Source: a bacterium (lineage in GTDB: Bacteria; Patescibacteriota; Saccharimonadia; Saccharimonadales; UBA4665). From it: a stretch of DNA of 64,000 nt. A model generated the notes under the pieces. That model made no database searches, was not told where the DNA came from, and saw nothing but the letters and a program-made list of their open reading frames with translations. The DNA lies in the NCBI GenBank assembly GCA_021783725.1, contig JAJXTN010000004.1:12178-76177 (forward strand). Direction: 5' to 3'. A program made the translations under genes and the position numbers. Shown here piece by piece: positions 28,682-37,738 of this stretch (position 1 is the stretch's first letter; each line of letters starts with the position of its first letter).

Positions 28682-28948
28682 CTATTTAACTGTCGCTAAT
28701 ATGTCTTCTTCTTTGACTAGAACATAGTCTTTACCACTGATTTTAACTTCGGTCGTACTATAGGTTTTATAGACGATGCGGTCGCCAACTTTAACTTGTT
28801 TGGCTAACTTACCGACGGCTACAACTTTGGCTGTTTTAGGCTTCTCGCCAGTGTTTTCTGGTATATATAGACCACTAGCGGTCTTGGTAGGAGCTTCTTC
28901 GGCCTGAGCGACTACATAATCACCCAACGGCTGTAATGGCGTACTCAT
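28682..28948 (-). CDS. groES: co-chaperonin GroES
   Basis: ...LQPLGDYVVAQ ... GLYIPE ... GDRIVY. The ATG at 28948 has better spacing from GGGGGA. Confidence 0.92.
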   Translation of the reverse strand: MSTPLQPLGDYVVAQAEEAPTKTASGLYIPENTGEKPKTAKVVAVGKLAKQVKVGDRIVYKTYSTTEVKISGKDYVLVKEEDILATVK

Positions 28949-28978
28949 AAACATTTCCCCCTTATAGTTAAGTGTATT

Positions 28979-29005
28979 CTAGCACTTAAGACATGAGAGT
29001 GCTAG
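28979..29005. promoter_or_regulatory. CIRCE-like inverted repeat (HrcA operator) upstream of groES
   Basis: CTAGCACTT-N9-GAGTGCTAG compared with the consensus TTAGCACTC-N9-GAGTGCTAA. On the groES strand a TAGAAT -10-like hexamer follows directly. Confidence 0.7.
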
Positions 29006-29019
29006 TTGCATGCTATATA

Positions 29020-30081
29020 CTACCGAGTCGGAATATTTCTAGTCAATAGTAATTTTTCTACCTCGAAACGATTCCATTCATAATCTATGGCGGCTTTTAC
29101 AATTTTTGTAAATTTGTCGGCTGGGACATAAAGATGCGCCGGTGAAGACAATCCACTTCTTTCACCTCCCTTGCTAACACCGCATTGATAGTGCCCATAA
29201 ATACGATCGACAAACATCTCGTCAGCTAGTAATTTTTCCAATCTAGTCAGTATGACTGGTTCGTCGGCACTATTGGCCCGCTCCAAACTAGAAGCGAATA
29301 ATTGCATCACATCGGCCTTATACCAATCGGCGGTTTGCGGATCGTCAGCTATTGTCGAACCGTTCTTACGTTTAACAAACTTGACTAGCTCGGTGTCGAT
29401 GAACCTTATCCGATTGGAATCTCGCGCCAAATTTTTGACCGTGGCATCGCCGTACTTAACATCACCGCCCATCACCAAACCGGCGCCATGCATAATGCCA
29501 AGTGAGAAAAACATCAGCTCATAGCCCCTGGCTAACTGCCCGTCAGTTACACCTCTGGCTTCTTGTTCTTCAAGCCAAAAAAGGTTATCAAACGACTGCA
29601 CGCTATGCTCATATAAAGTTACTAACTGTTTTACTCCTGATTCGGTAGTCCAAACACCTAGTTGAAGATAACTTTGCTGGTTTTTGCTCAGACCATTCAT
29701 CACCGAATACATTACCCATTCATGGGCCAGCGTATCGGTATCATCGTGCGGCTTCACAGCAACTAGTGTCGGTAGTTCCTGATCGACGGCCGTTTTGAGA
29801 ACTAGTTGACCAAACATTAATTTATGGTGGCTGTGTTGGCGACCTTTTCCTAGTTCTTTGTTAGGTATAAAACGGGCTGTGGCAGTTGTAGCTTGAACGC
29901 CCAAGAACTCCCTTTGGTCGAGATTTATGGCACCTGGTTCAATCTGTTCAATATGATCTACGAGCTGATCATGCAATGAATCAACGGTCTTTAGCCGCAG
30001 TGGGTTTAATTCAGCATCTGGGTAAGCACCGAAAGACGTTTTAGGAATAATCAACGACTCGCCACTAAAAGCTATACTCAT
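29020..30081 (-). CDS. hypothetical protein with a possible atypical kinase-like fold
   Basis: LVAVKP (beta3 Lys-like), YGDATVKNL (HxDxxxxN-like with H replaced by Y) and IRFIDTE (DFG/IDxE-like) appear in the correct order and spacing. Confidence 0.45.
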   Translation of the reverse strand: MSIAFSGESLIIPKTSFGAYPDAELNPLRLKTVDSLHDQLVDHIEQIEPGAINLDQREFLGVQATTATARFIPNKELGKGRQHSHHKLMFGQLVLKTAVDQELPTLVAVKPHDDTDTLAHEWVMYSVMNGLSKNQQSYLQLGVWTTESGVKQLVTLYEHSVQSFDNLFWLEEQEARGVTDGQLARGYELMFFSLGIMHGAGLVMGGDVKYGDATVKNLARDSNRIRFIDTELVKFVKRKNGSTIADDPQTADWYKADVMQLFASSLERANSADEPVILTRLEKLLADEMFVDRIYGHYQCGVSKGGERSGLSSPAHLYVPADKFTKIVKAAIDYEWNRFEVEKLLLTRNIPTR

Positions 30082-30150
30082 ATTCTTATATTATATAATA
30101 TTTGGGTTAATAGGTAAATAGTGATATTGATTTTGGTATAATTATCCGAC

Positions 30151-30999
30151 ATGCCGAAGCTTAACCAACAAGTCTTGATGTCTGGGGCCGATTACTTTGA
30201 TGTCGTCGAGCTTAATTCTTACTCCAAAGGCATTACGGCTGTTGATCGTGAACGAGCTATGGCTGAATTCGCCAGTATCCAACAAGCACTGGAAACGGCC
30301 GGCATCGAAATCGTCAAAGTTGAGCCGCCTGCCGATTGCCAAGATGGTATATTCACCGCTAACTGGGGTCTTTGCCGAGGGGATAAAGTAATCCTGTCTT
30401 CCCTACCCGGCCCACGCCAAGCCGAAGAAGCCTATGCCGAAAAAATACTAACTGCTATGGGAAAACAGATTATTAAAGCGCCTCACCGCTTCAGTGGCCA
30501 AGGCGATGCTTTGCCATGTGGTAACTGGCTATTTGCTGGTTCGAATTATCGGACTGATCCGCAAATGCATCATTTTCTGGCTGAACAGTTTGGTTTTGAA
30601 GTCATAAGTTTAGAGACCGTACCCGAGCTAGATTCGGCCGGCAACCCAGTAATCAATCAGTTGTCCGGTTGGCCTGATAGTTTCTTCTATGACATCGACC
30701 TAGCGATTTCTGTCTTAAAAACTGATTTAATCGCTTGGTGCCCAGAAGCTTTCACACCGGACAGTCAGGCCAAGATGCGGGCTTTAGACATTCAGAAAAT
30801 CGAAGTTTCACTAGCCGAAGCCACCCAAGGCTTCGCCTGCAATCTAATATCCACCGGCGAAACAGTCATCATGAGTGCCCAAGCCCCTGAGCTACGGGCT
30901 AATATCGAAAAGCATGGCCTCAAAACGCTCACTCCCGCAATCAGTGAACTGGCCAAAGGTGGTGGATATATCCGTTGCACCACCCTGACTTTGAGTTAA
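30151..30999 (+). CDS. guanidino-group-modifying enzyme superfamily protein (amidinotransferase/DDAH/arginine-deiminase-like)
   Basis: The C-terminal KGGGYIRCTTLTL matches the catalytic-Cys signature GGG.(H/R)C of this superfamily. At about 280 aa it is the size of DDAH/amidinotransferase members. Confidence 0.6.
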   Translation: MPKLNQQVLMSGADYFDVVELNSYSKGITAVDRERAMAEFASIQQALETAGIEIVKVEPPADCQDGIFTANWGLCRGDKVILSSLPGPRQAEEAYAEKILTAMGKQIIKAPHRFSGQGDALPCGNWLFAGSNYRTDPQMHHFLAEQFGFEVISLETVPELDSAGNPVINQLSGWPDSFFYDIDLAISVLKTDLIAWCPEAFTPDSQAKMRALDIQKIEVSLAEATQGFACNLISTGETVIMSAQAPELRANIEKHGLKTLTPAISELAKGGGYIRCTTLTLS

Positions 31000-31035
31000 A
31001 AGTAAAAAGTCCTCACTTTATAAACTTTCAACTTG

Positions 31036-32334
31036 TTACTTTCTACTGTAGATGGCGCTATGCGCCGTAGCAATCTCGTCCCAAGCGTGCTCACCATCGG
31101 CCCGTTCAATAGTTTTTTCATGGCCTTTACCTAGAAGTAGTATCGTATCGCCAGCTTTAGCTCGATTGACAGCGAATTTAATCGCTTCGGTCCGATCATG
31201 AACTAAGAACAGATCACGGTCGCGGACCTTTCCAGCCGATTCAGCTCCTCCAGCTATCTGATCGATAATCGCTAAACCATCTATATCGCGATCATCCTCT
31301 TCGGTGATCACGACTTCATCGGCATAGCGCCCAGCTAACTCACCCTGCACTGCCCGTTTGGCTTCATCACGCCGACCAGCCGATCCAAACATCACTATCA
31401 ACTTGCCTTTGACTACCGGTCTCAAATCCTTGAACAACTTTTCGAAACTGTCAGGCGTATGAGCAAAATCGACTATTACGTCGTAGTCCTGGCCTTCATC
31501 TATCCTGGTCATCCGGCCCTCCACACCTTCTAAAGCAGCGATTCCTCGCTCTATCTGATCTTTGGTTAGACCAACGACTCGACCAGCCGCTACCGCCGCC
31601 AACGAATTATATATGTTGAAACTACCCGGCAAATTACAGCGTATATCATATCTATTATCACCTATGACCGCCATATAGCTACTGCCCGAGGGTTTGAGAT
31701 CGACGTTGGTCGCACGAAGATCACCTTTATCAATCCCGTAAGTAATTTTGGTGGCGATATCGCTGGCAAACAGCTCAGCACTAGGATCCTCAGCATTAAT
31801 GATGCCGGTTCTCAGGCCTTGCTGATTGGCATTAGCCAATTTGAAAAGTTTGCGCTTGGCGTCGCGGTAACGTTCAAAAGTTTTGTGATAATCCAAGTGC
31901 TCGTGAGTAACGTTAGTCATAACGGCGACTGAATATGGCACACCCCAGATGCGATTTTGGGCCAAGGCGTGACTAGTGGTCTCCAGTACCAACCATTCGA
32001 CACCTTGTTTTTTCATAGTTTTCAATCGGCGCATCAATTCTGGTACACCAACATTGGTCATATGATGAATTTGGGGGGTAATGTTTGAGCCGACACCAAA
32101 TCCAACGGTCGTCATCATGCCGACATGATAGCCAGCCTCGTTTAGCATCCGATGAATCATATAAGTCGTCGATGTTTTGCCGTTCGTGCCGGTCACACCG
32201 ATGACTTTCATGTGCTTAGCCGGAAAACCGTAAAGGATATTGAAGATTACCGCCTCTAACAGATGGCCGTAAGGCTCAATCGCCGGGAACAAACCGCTAG
32301 GAATAATTTTCTTAACACTATTACGAAAACTCAT
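31036..32334 (-). CDS. murE: Mur ligase, MurE-like (UDP-MurNAc-L-Ala-D-Glu: diamino acid ligase) with a short N-terminal domain
   Basis: VIGVTGTNGKTSTTYM (P-loop) and DFAHTPDSFEKL (MurE-type). I prefer the ATG at 32334 (MSFRNS). Confidence 0.75.
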   Translation of the reverse strand: MSFRNSVKKIIPSGLFPAIEPYGHLLEAVIFNILYGFPAKHMKVIGVTGTNGKTSTTYMIHRMLNEAGYHVGMMTTVGFGVGSNITPQIHHMTNVGVPELMRRLKTMKKQGVEWLVLETTSHALAQNRIWGVPYSVAVMTNVTHEHLDYHKTFERYRDAKRKLFKLANANQQGLRTGIINAEDPSAELFASDIATKITYGIDKGDLRATNVDLKPSGSSYMAVIGDNRYDIRCNLPGSFNIYNSLAAVAAGRVVGLTKDQIERGIAALEGVEGRMTRIDEGQDYDVIVDFAHTPDSFEKLFKDLRPVVKGKLIVMFGSAGRRDEAKRAVQGELAGRYADEVVITEEDDRDIDGLAIIDQIAGGAESAGKVRDRDLFLVHDRTEAIKFAVNRAKAGDTILLLGKGHEKTIERADGEHAWDEIATAHSAIYSRK

Positions 32335-32399
32335 CTCAATGATTATAAAGCAAACTGGCCAGTTTGCCGGCCAGTTTGCATTGTTCAGATACAACTATT

Positions 32400-33749
32400 T
32401 TAAAGTTTAATTTTGGCGCCGACGGGCAATTCTTTGGCTTCTTCCCACGTCAAACCATTTGCGCCTAAAGCATGCTTGGTTGCTTCATATATCTGAGCAT
32501 TAGTCGGATGTAAGTTACCGTGACGAATTAGATTAACCTTCTCTTCGTTCCAGATAGTATCACCTTCATGAAGTCGCACAGTGGTCGGCATCGCGGCTTT
32601 TGGTGGGTGAGTTTCTACTCCATGACCAGAGCCCGGAACAGTTGGGCTTGGACTATTACCGTGCCCGCCAGTGTGACCATTGGCCGCTTCTTGGGCACCA
32701 CCACTTTTACTACCGGGGTTACTTAACCCACGACTAGCTAGGTAGACTGTACCGGCGACTACCGCCACTCCGACTACGGCCGCAACTATTTTGCGTCGCT
32801 TGCCTTTTTCGATGTCAAACTTGCCTTTTTCTTGTTCACTGAAGTACTCATGGGTTTTATTTAATCCAAGCGTAACAGCCGCGCCAGTAGCCGCATAAGC
32901 CGACTTAACGCCGCTTTTCACAGTTTTCTTGGGGTGTTTAGAATCATCGAGTTTAACCTCTGGGTGTTCGACAATCGACCCAATAATCAACTCGTCTAAA
33001 CTCTTGTTCAACTTGCTCAGGGCGGCCCGAGCCTTGCCCATAATTCGACGTGTTCGGGCTCGAAGACCTTTCGGTGAAGCATCAATGACGGGCTCACTGT
33101 CAATTAAATCATCTGTTAAATCTGCAGGGGCTTCCTCGGGACTGGATTTTTTGGCTTGAGCCGACAAAACTTCAGCATCATGTTCGCGTAGCATACGGGC
33201 CAAATCAGCAGTTCGGGCCTCAGCTTCGGGCTTTTGAGTAACGGAATAGTACTCAGGCTCTAAGTGTCCGACTGAAAATCCCTCGGCGGCGGCTTCGGCG
33301 ACGGCTTCAGTTTGTAATTTTTTAGCTAACTCGGGGTTACGTTTTAGCCCAATCTCTCCACCATTCTGTAACTTTTTACGATATGAAATACCTTCTACCC
33401 TTTGATTGGCGGCATCACGTTTCGCTCGATAATCATTCATCTCGGATTGATAAATAGCTTCTTTTTCAGCGCCAATTTCTTTACGCGTAAAAGTTTGTTC
33501 TCGAGCGGCCTGCTCTGCTTCCCAAGCCAAAGCACTAGCTTCGAGATCACCATAGGTGGTGTATCCAGCTTCCATAACTTTTTGATGAGTCATTCCTGTG
33601 GCTTTTTGTATGTCTGGTCCGGCGGCAAATTCACGTTCAGGGGTATGAGCAAAGCTAGCCACTTTAGCTAAAACTAAAGGATCTTGTTGAATAACTAGTG
33701 GACTTTCAGTCGATGATAAGACAGTAATTGGAACGGATTCGTGTGACAT
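32400..33749 (-). CDS. single-pass membrane protein with a C-terminal LysM-like domain
   Basis: TM IVAAVVGVAVVAGTVYL, a Gly/Pro linker, then TVRLHEGDTIWNEE...LPVGAKIKL, which resembles LysM. Confidence 0.5.
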   Translation of the reverse strand: MSHESVPITVLSSTESPLVIQQDPLVLAKVASFAHTPEREFAAGPDIQKATGMTHQKVMEAGYTTYGDLEASALAWEAEQAAREQTFTRKEIGAEKEAIYQSEMNDYRAKRDAANQRVEGISYRKKLQNGGEIGLKRNPELAKKLQTEAVAEAAAEGFSVGHLEPEYYSVTQKPEAEARTADLARMLREHDAEVLSAQAKKSSPEEAPADLTDDLIDSEPVIDASPKGLRARTRRIMGKARAALSKLNKSLDELIIGSIVEHPEVKLDDSKHPKKTVKSGVKSAYAATGAAVTLGLNKTHEYFSEQEKGKFDIEKGKRRKIVAAVVGVAVVAGTVYLASRGLSNPGSKSGGAQEAANGHTGGHGNSPSPTVPGSGHGVETHPPKAAMPTTVRLHEGDTIWNEEKVNLIRHGNLHPTNAQIYEATKHALGANGLTWEEAKELPVGAKIKL

Positions 33750-33900
33750 ATATTAACCTAATTATCCTTAATATTATTTTTTTGTTTTTGATATTTCAAA
33801 ACTTATTCTAACAAATTACAAGTGATTTGTCAACTATAATTAAACATATTATGTATTTATGCAATTTTAGTTCGAGGTACTCATGATATGCTAGTCAGTG

Positions 33901-34983
33901 ATGAAAATACTTGGGATTGAGACTAGTTGTGATGAAACGGCCGCTAGCGTCGTCGAAGATGGCCGACGATTGATTAGCAATGTTGTGGCTTCAAGCATGG
34001 ATTTGCATGTCAAATACGGTGGCGTAGTGCCAGAAATTGCCGCTCGCAGTCATATCGAAGTTATCAATTCAGTCATTCAGCAAGCTCTCGAACCGCTATC
34101 AGGTACGACCCAGCAGGAAAAGTGGGCCCAAATTGACGGCATCGCCGTGACTTACGGTGCTGGGCTCGGTGGTAGTTTGTTGATTGGGGTCATGACGGCC
34201 AAATCTTTGGCAATTAATTATCATAAGCCGCTATATGCGATAAATCATGTTGAAGGCCACGTGTACGCCAATTTCCTAACCGAAGCCTCGCCTGCCCTGT
34301 CTACTGTCTACAGTCTACGGTCTACTGCCCCAGTTTTCCCGATGTTGGCCGTTATCGTTTCCGGTGGGCACAGCCAATTAGCACTGTTTCGCAATCATTT
34401 TGACTACACGCTATTGGGCCAAACTCAAGATGACGCTATCGGCGAAGCTTTCGACAAAGTTGCCAAAATCATTGGTCTGCCCTACCCTGGTGGACCTTCG
34501 GTAGCTAAAGCGGCGGAATCTGGCGACCCCACCAAGTACAAATTGCCCAAAGCCAAGATGACTGGTTACGACTTTAGCTTCTCTGGGCTCAAAACAGCCG
34601 TTCTAAGGCTGGCACAGGCCGAAATCGGGGAAAGTTACGACTTCCCTTCTATGAAGCTAGCCGAACGACTTACAACCGTCCAAAAACAAAACATTGCCGC
34701 CAGTTTCCAGCGAACCGCCATAGAGACCATTGTTGATAAAGTTAAAACCGCTTATCAAGAATTCTCGCCCGCAAGTGTCGTAATTGCTGGTGGCGTCGCC
34801 GCCAATCAAGAATTGCGTCGCCAATTGAGCATTGCCCTGCCATTATCGGTTGACTATCCTGACATTAATCTTTGTACCGACAACGGGGCAATGATCGCTA
34901 CTCTGGGATGCTATAAAGCCCTGCTCGATCAACCACCAGCCGACCCCTACACCTTGGCTATCAACCCCAATCTGACGATGTAG
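33901..34983 (+). CDS. tsaD: tRNA N6-adenosine threonylcarbamoyltransferase
   Basis: ILGIETSCDETA, HVEGH, VSGGHSQL and CTDNGAMIA. Confidence 0.93.
   Translation: MKILGIETSCDETAASVVEDGRRLISNVVASSMDLHVKYGGVVPEIAARSHIEVINSVIQQALEPLSGTTQQEKWAQIDGIAVTYGAGLGGSLLIGVMTAKSLAINYHKPLYAINHVEGHVYANFLTEASPALSTVYSLRSTAPVFPMLAVIVSGGHSQLALFRNHFDYTLLGQTQDDAIGEAFDKVAKIIGLPYPGGPSVAKAAESGDPTKYKLPKAKMTGYDFSFSGLKTAVLRLAQAEIGESYDFPSMKLAERLTTVQKQNIAASFQRTAIETIVDKVKTAYQEFSPASVVIAGGVAANQELRRQLSIALPLSVDYPDINLCTDNGAMIATLGCYKALLDQPPADPYTLAINPNLTM
34299..34326. repeat. heptamer array GTCTACT GTCTACA GTCTACG GTCTACT inside tsaD
   Basis: Read directly from the sequence. It is the same motif as the arrays flanking element copy B. 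Confidence 0.8.
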
Positions 34984-35039
34984 TACGTATTTTGTTCACA
35001 TTTTCGCTTTCATTACAGAGGTGATATCATAGTACGGAT

Positions 35040-37595
35040 ATGAGTTTACCAAAAGTCTATGAACCAAATCTTTACGAAGATGACATCTATGCTTTGTGGG
35101 AAAAAAGTGGCGTTTTTGCACCTCAAGATTCCAAAAACTACTATTCAGTGGTCATGCCGCCACCAAACGCTAACGCTGATTTGCACATTGGCTACGAACT
35201 AACCGCCGCGCTTGAAGATATTTCAGCCCGCTATCACCGCCTGAAAGGCGAGTCAGTATTACTTCTACCAGGAGCCGATCACGCTGGATTCGAAACCCAA
35301 TCAGTTTACGAAAAACACTTGGCCAAGGAAGGCAAGAGCCGATTTGATTTTTCACGTGAACAGCTATATCAACAGATATGGGACTTTGTAGCCCTCAACC
35401 GGTCTAACTTCGAACAGCAGTTGCGGAAAATGGGTGTCAGCTGTGATTGGACACGTTTCACTTTTACTCTAGATGACAAAATTGTTAAACGAGCCTATTC
35501 GACTTTCCATAAAATGTGGGATGAAGGACTGATATACAGGGGTGAACGTTTAGTTAATTTCTGTACTTTCCACGGTACAGCCTTCGCCGATATCGAAGTC
35601 GTCTACAGGGATGAAGCTAGTTATTTATGGTATATCCGCTATCCATTGGTCGACGGCAGCGGGGAACTGACCGTGGCAACCACCCGACCAGAAACGATGT
35701 TTGGCGACACAGCCGTGGCCGTTAATCCCAACGACGACCGCTATAAATCATTTATCGGTAAAACTGTTAAATTACCCCTTACAAATCGAGAACTACCGGT
35801 GTTGGCCGACGAATTCGTCGATATGAAATTTGGAACTGGCGCCGTCAAAATAACTCCGGCTCATGACCCCAACGACTTCGAAGTTGGTCAGCGTCACTCA
35901 TTGCCATCGATTACAGTTATAAACCATGAGGGTAAGCTTATCGATGTGCCGGAAGCTTACCGTGACTTAAGCGTTGAAGATGGCCGTAAAAAAGTTGTCG
36001 CTGACCTAGAATCTCAAACTTTTCTCGTGAAAACTGAAGACCATATGCATAGCGTTGGCCACTGTTATAAGTGCGGCACGGTGATCCAACCACTACTACG
36101 CGATCAATGGTTTATCGATATGCAGCCTTTGGCCAAAAGGGCTATCAAAGCGTTGAAAGATGACCAGATTAAATTCTATCCGGAATCTAAAAAAGTTCAG
36201 TTGATAGCTTACTTAGAAGGTCTCCATGACTGGAATATCAGCCGTCAAATCGCTTGGGGGATTCCTATCCCAGCCTTTCAAAATGTCGACGATGCCAGTG
36301 ATTGGATTTATGACGAACGCGTCACTGAAGAAATTATCGAAATCGATGGCAAAACTTACCATCGCGACCCTGACACATTTGATACTTGGTTCAGTAGCAG
36401 TTCGTGGCCATACGCCACTTTAGAGCACCCCGATAGTGACGACTTTAAGCGATTTTACCCCTTAAGTCTGATGGAAACTGGTGGTGAGATACTGTATCCG
36501 TGGGTTAGCCGGATGATTATGTTGGGTTTGTACGTAACTGATGAGATTCCATTCAAAGAAGTCTATATCCACGGCTATGTCATGGCTGAAGATGGATCGA
36601 AGATGAGCAAATCAGTCGGTAATGTCGTTAACCCTTTGCCGGTAATCGAACAGTACGGATCGGACGCCTTGCGTTTGGGCATTATTAACGGTCGGTCGGC
36701 GGCGGTTAATCGAGGCTATGACCAACGCAAAGTCGAAGACGGCCGAAACTTCTGTAACAAACTGTGGAATATTGCCCGCTATATCGAAACAGTTGTCGGC
36801 GAAAATCCGAACAGGGAAGACACCAAACCAATCACCATTGCTGATCACTGGATATTGACTAATTTACAACGTTCTACGGATAAAATTAAAGCTGATTTGG
36901 AAGAATATAAATTCAGCGACGCTTACGATAAGCTGTATCATTTTATCTGGGACGATCTGGCCGATTGGTACATCGAAGCTAGTAAAACAGCTCCTAATCA
37001 CGGTCTGCTGTGTCACATCTTGGAGTCTGTGCTGATTGTAGCTCATCCATTTGCTCCATTCGTAACTGAAACCATCTGGCAAACTTTAGCTTGGGAAAAT
37101 GATAGTTTACTAGCCGGCAAACAGTTCGCGCAAACCATCAAAGGCGATATCAAAATATCGGCCGACTTTACCGAAATCCAAGCAATAGTTAGCGAAATTC
37201 GCTTAATCATCAAAGCTTTGCAGGTTGGCAACGTCACCATGTACTACACGGACGATGAATTCATCACCAACAATGCCGCTATCATTAAGCATTTGGCGCG
37301 TTTACAGGCCGTTACGGACGTCAAAGACGGTTCCGGCATGAATTTGACCAGTACGACTCACAAAGTCTGGCTAGACATCGATAAAAGCCGAGCTCAGGCC
37401 TACGTCATTGAATTAGAAGCCCAGAAAACCAGACAATCGGCTCTAATAGCCCAACTAGAGGCTCGGCTGACCAACAAAAGCTATGTTGATAATGCGCCTC
37501 ACAAGGTTGTCAGCCAGACCAAACAACAGATATCCGATGCTAAAGACCAACTCGCCGTAATCGTTGCAGAGATTAAACGATTTACTAATAATTAG
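35040..37595 (+). CDS. valS: valine--tRNA ligase
   Basis: PPPNANADLHIGY (HIGH), KMSKSVGN, the CP1 editing domain and a C-terminal coiled coil. Confidence 0.96.
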   Translation: MSLPKVYEPNLYEDDIYALWEKSGVFAPQDSKNYYSVVMPPPNANADLHIGYELTAALEDISARYHRLKGESVLLLPGADHAGFETQSVYEKHLAKEGKSRFDFSREQLYQQIWDFVALNRSNFEQQLRKMGVSCDWTRFTFTLDDKIVKRAYSTFHKMWDEGLIYRGERLVNFCTFHGTAFADIEVVYRDEASYLWYIRYPLVDGSGELTVATTRPETMFGDTAVAVNPNDDRYKSFIGKTVKLPLTNRELPVLADEFVDMKFGTGAVKITPAHDPNDFEVGQRHSLPSITVINHEGKLIDVPEAYRDLSVEDGRKKVVADLESQTFLVKTEDHMHSVGHCYKCGTVIQPLLRDQWFIDMQPLAKRAIKALKDDQIKFYPESKKVQLIAYLEGLHDWNISRQIAWGIPIPAFQNVDDASDWIYDERVTEEIIEIDGKTYHRDPDTFDTWFSSSSWPYATLEHPDSDDFKRFYPLSLMETGGEILYPWVSRMIMLGLYVTDEIPFKEVYIHGYVMAEDGSKMSKSVGNVVNPLPVIEQYGSDALRLGIINGRSAAVNRGYDQRKVEDGRNFCNKLWNIARYIETVVGENPNREDTKPITIADHWILTNLQRSTDKIKADLEEYKFSDAYDKLYHFIWDDLADWYIEASKTAPNHGLLCHILESVLIVAHPFAPFVTETIWQTLAWENDSLLAGKQFAQTIKGDIKISADFTEIQAIVSEIRLIIKALQVGNVTMYYTDDEFITNNAAIIKHLARLQAVTDVKDGSGMNLTSTTHKVWLDIDKSRAQAYVIELEAQKTRQSALIAQLEARLTNKSYVDNAPHKVVSQTKQQISDAKDQLAVIVAEIKRFTNN

Positions 37596-37738
37596 TAGTC
37601 GGGGAGTAGACGTTGCAGACTTACAGATAGCAGAAGGGCAGGGAGGCGACAGGAATCAGACTGTCAGACCACGTAGCCTGCTACCTGCTATCTGTTACCC
37701 ACCTGTTTATCTGTTGTCTGAATCCTGATTATCTGAAT

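Noticed and set aside
32335-32394. N-terminal extension of murE (MYLNNANWPANWPVCFIIIE).
   Set aside because: Its composition is unlike Mur ligases. The internal ATG at 32334 gives a cleaner start. The N-domain remains short either way.
37596-37738. The valS / XRE-HAD convergent spacer, with long imperfect inverted repeats (ACAGATAGCAG...CTGCTATCTGT; AGGAATCAGA...TCTGAATCCT) and 7-nt periodic CCTGCTA units.
   Set aside because: It is probably just a bidirectional terminator region related to the heptamer repeats. It lacks the GTCAT...ATGAC termini, so it is not counted as a copy.
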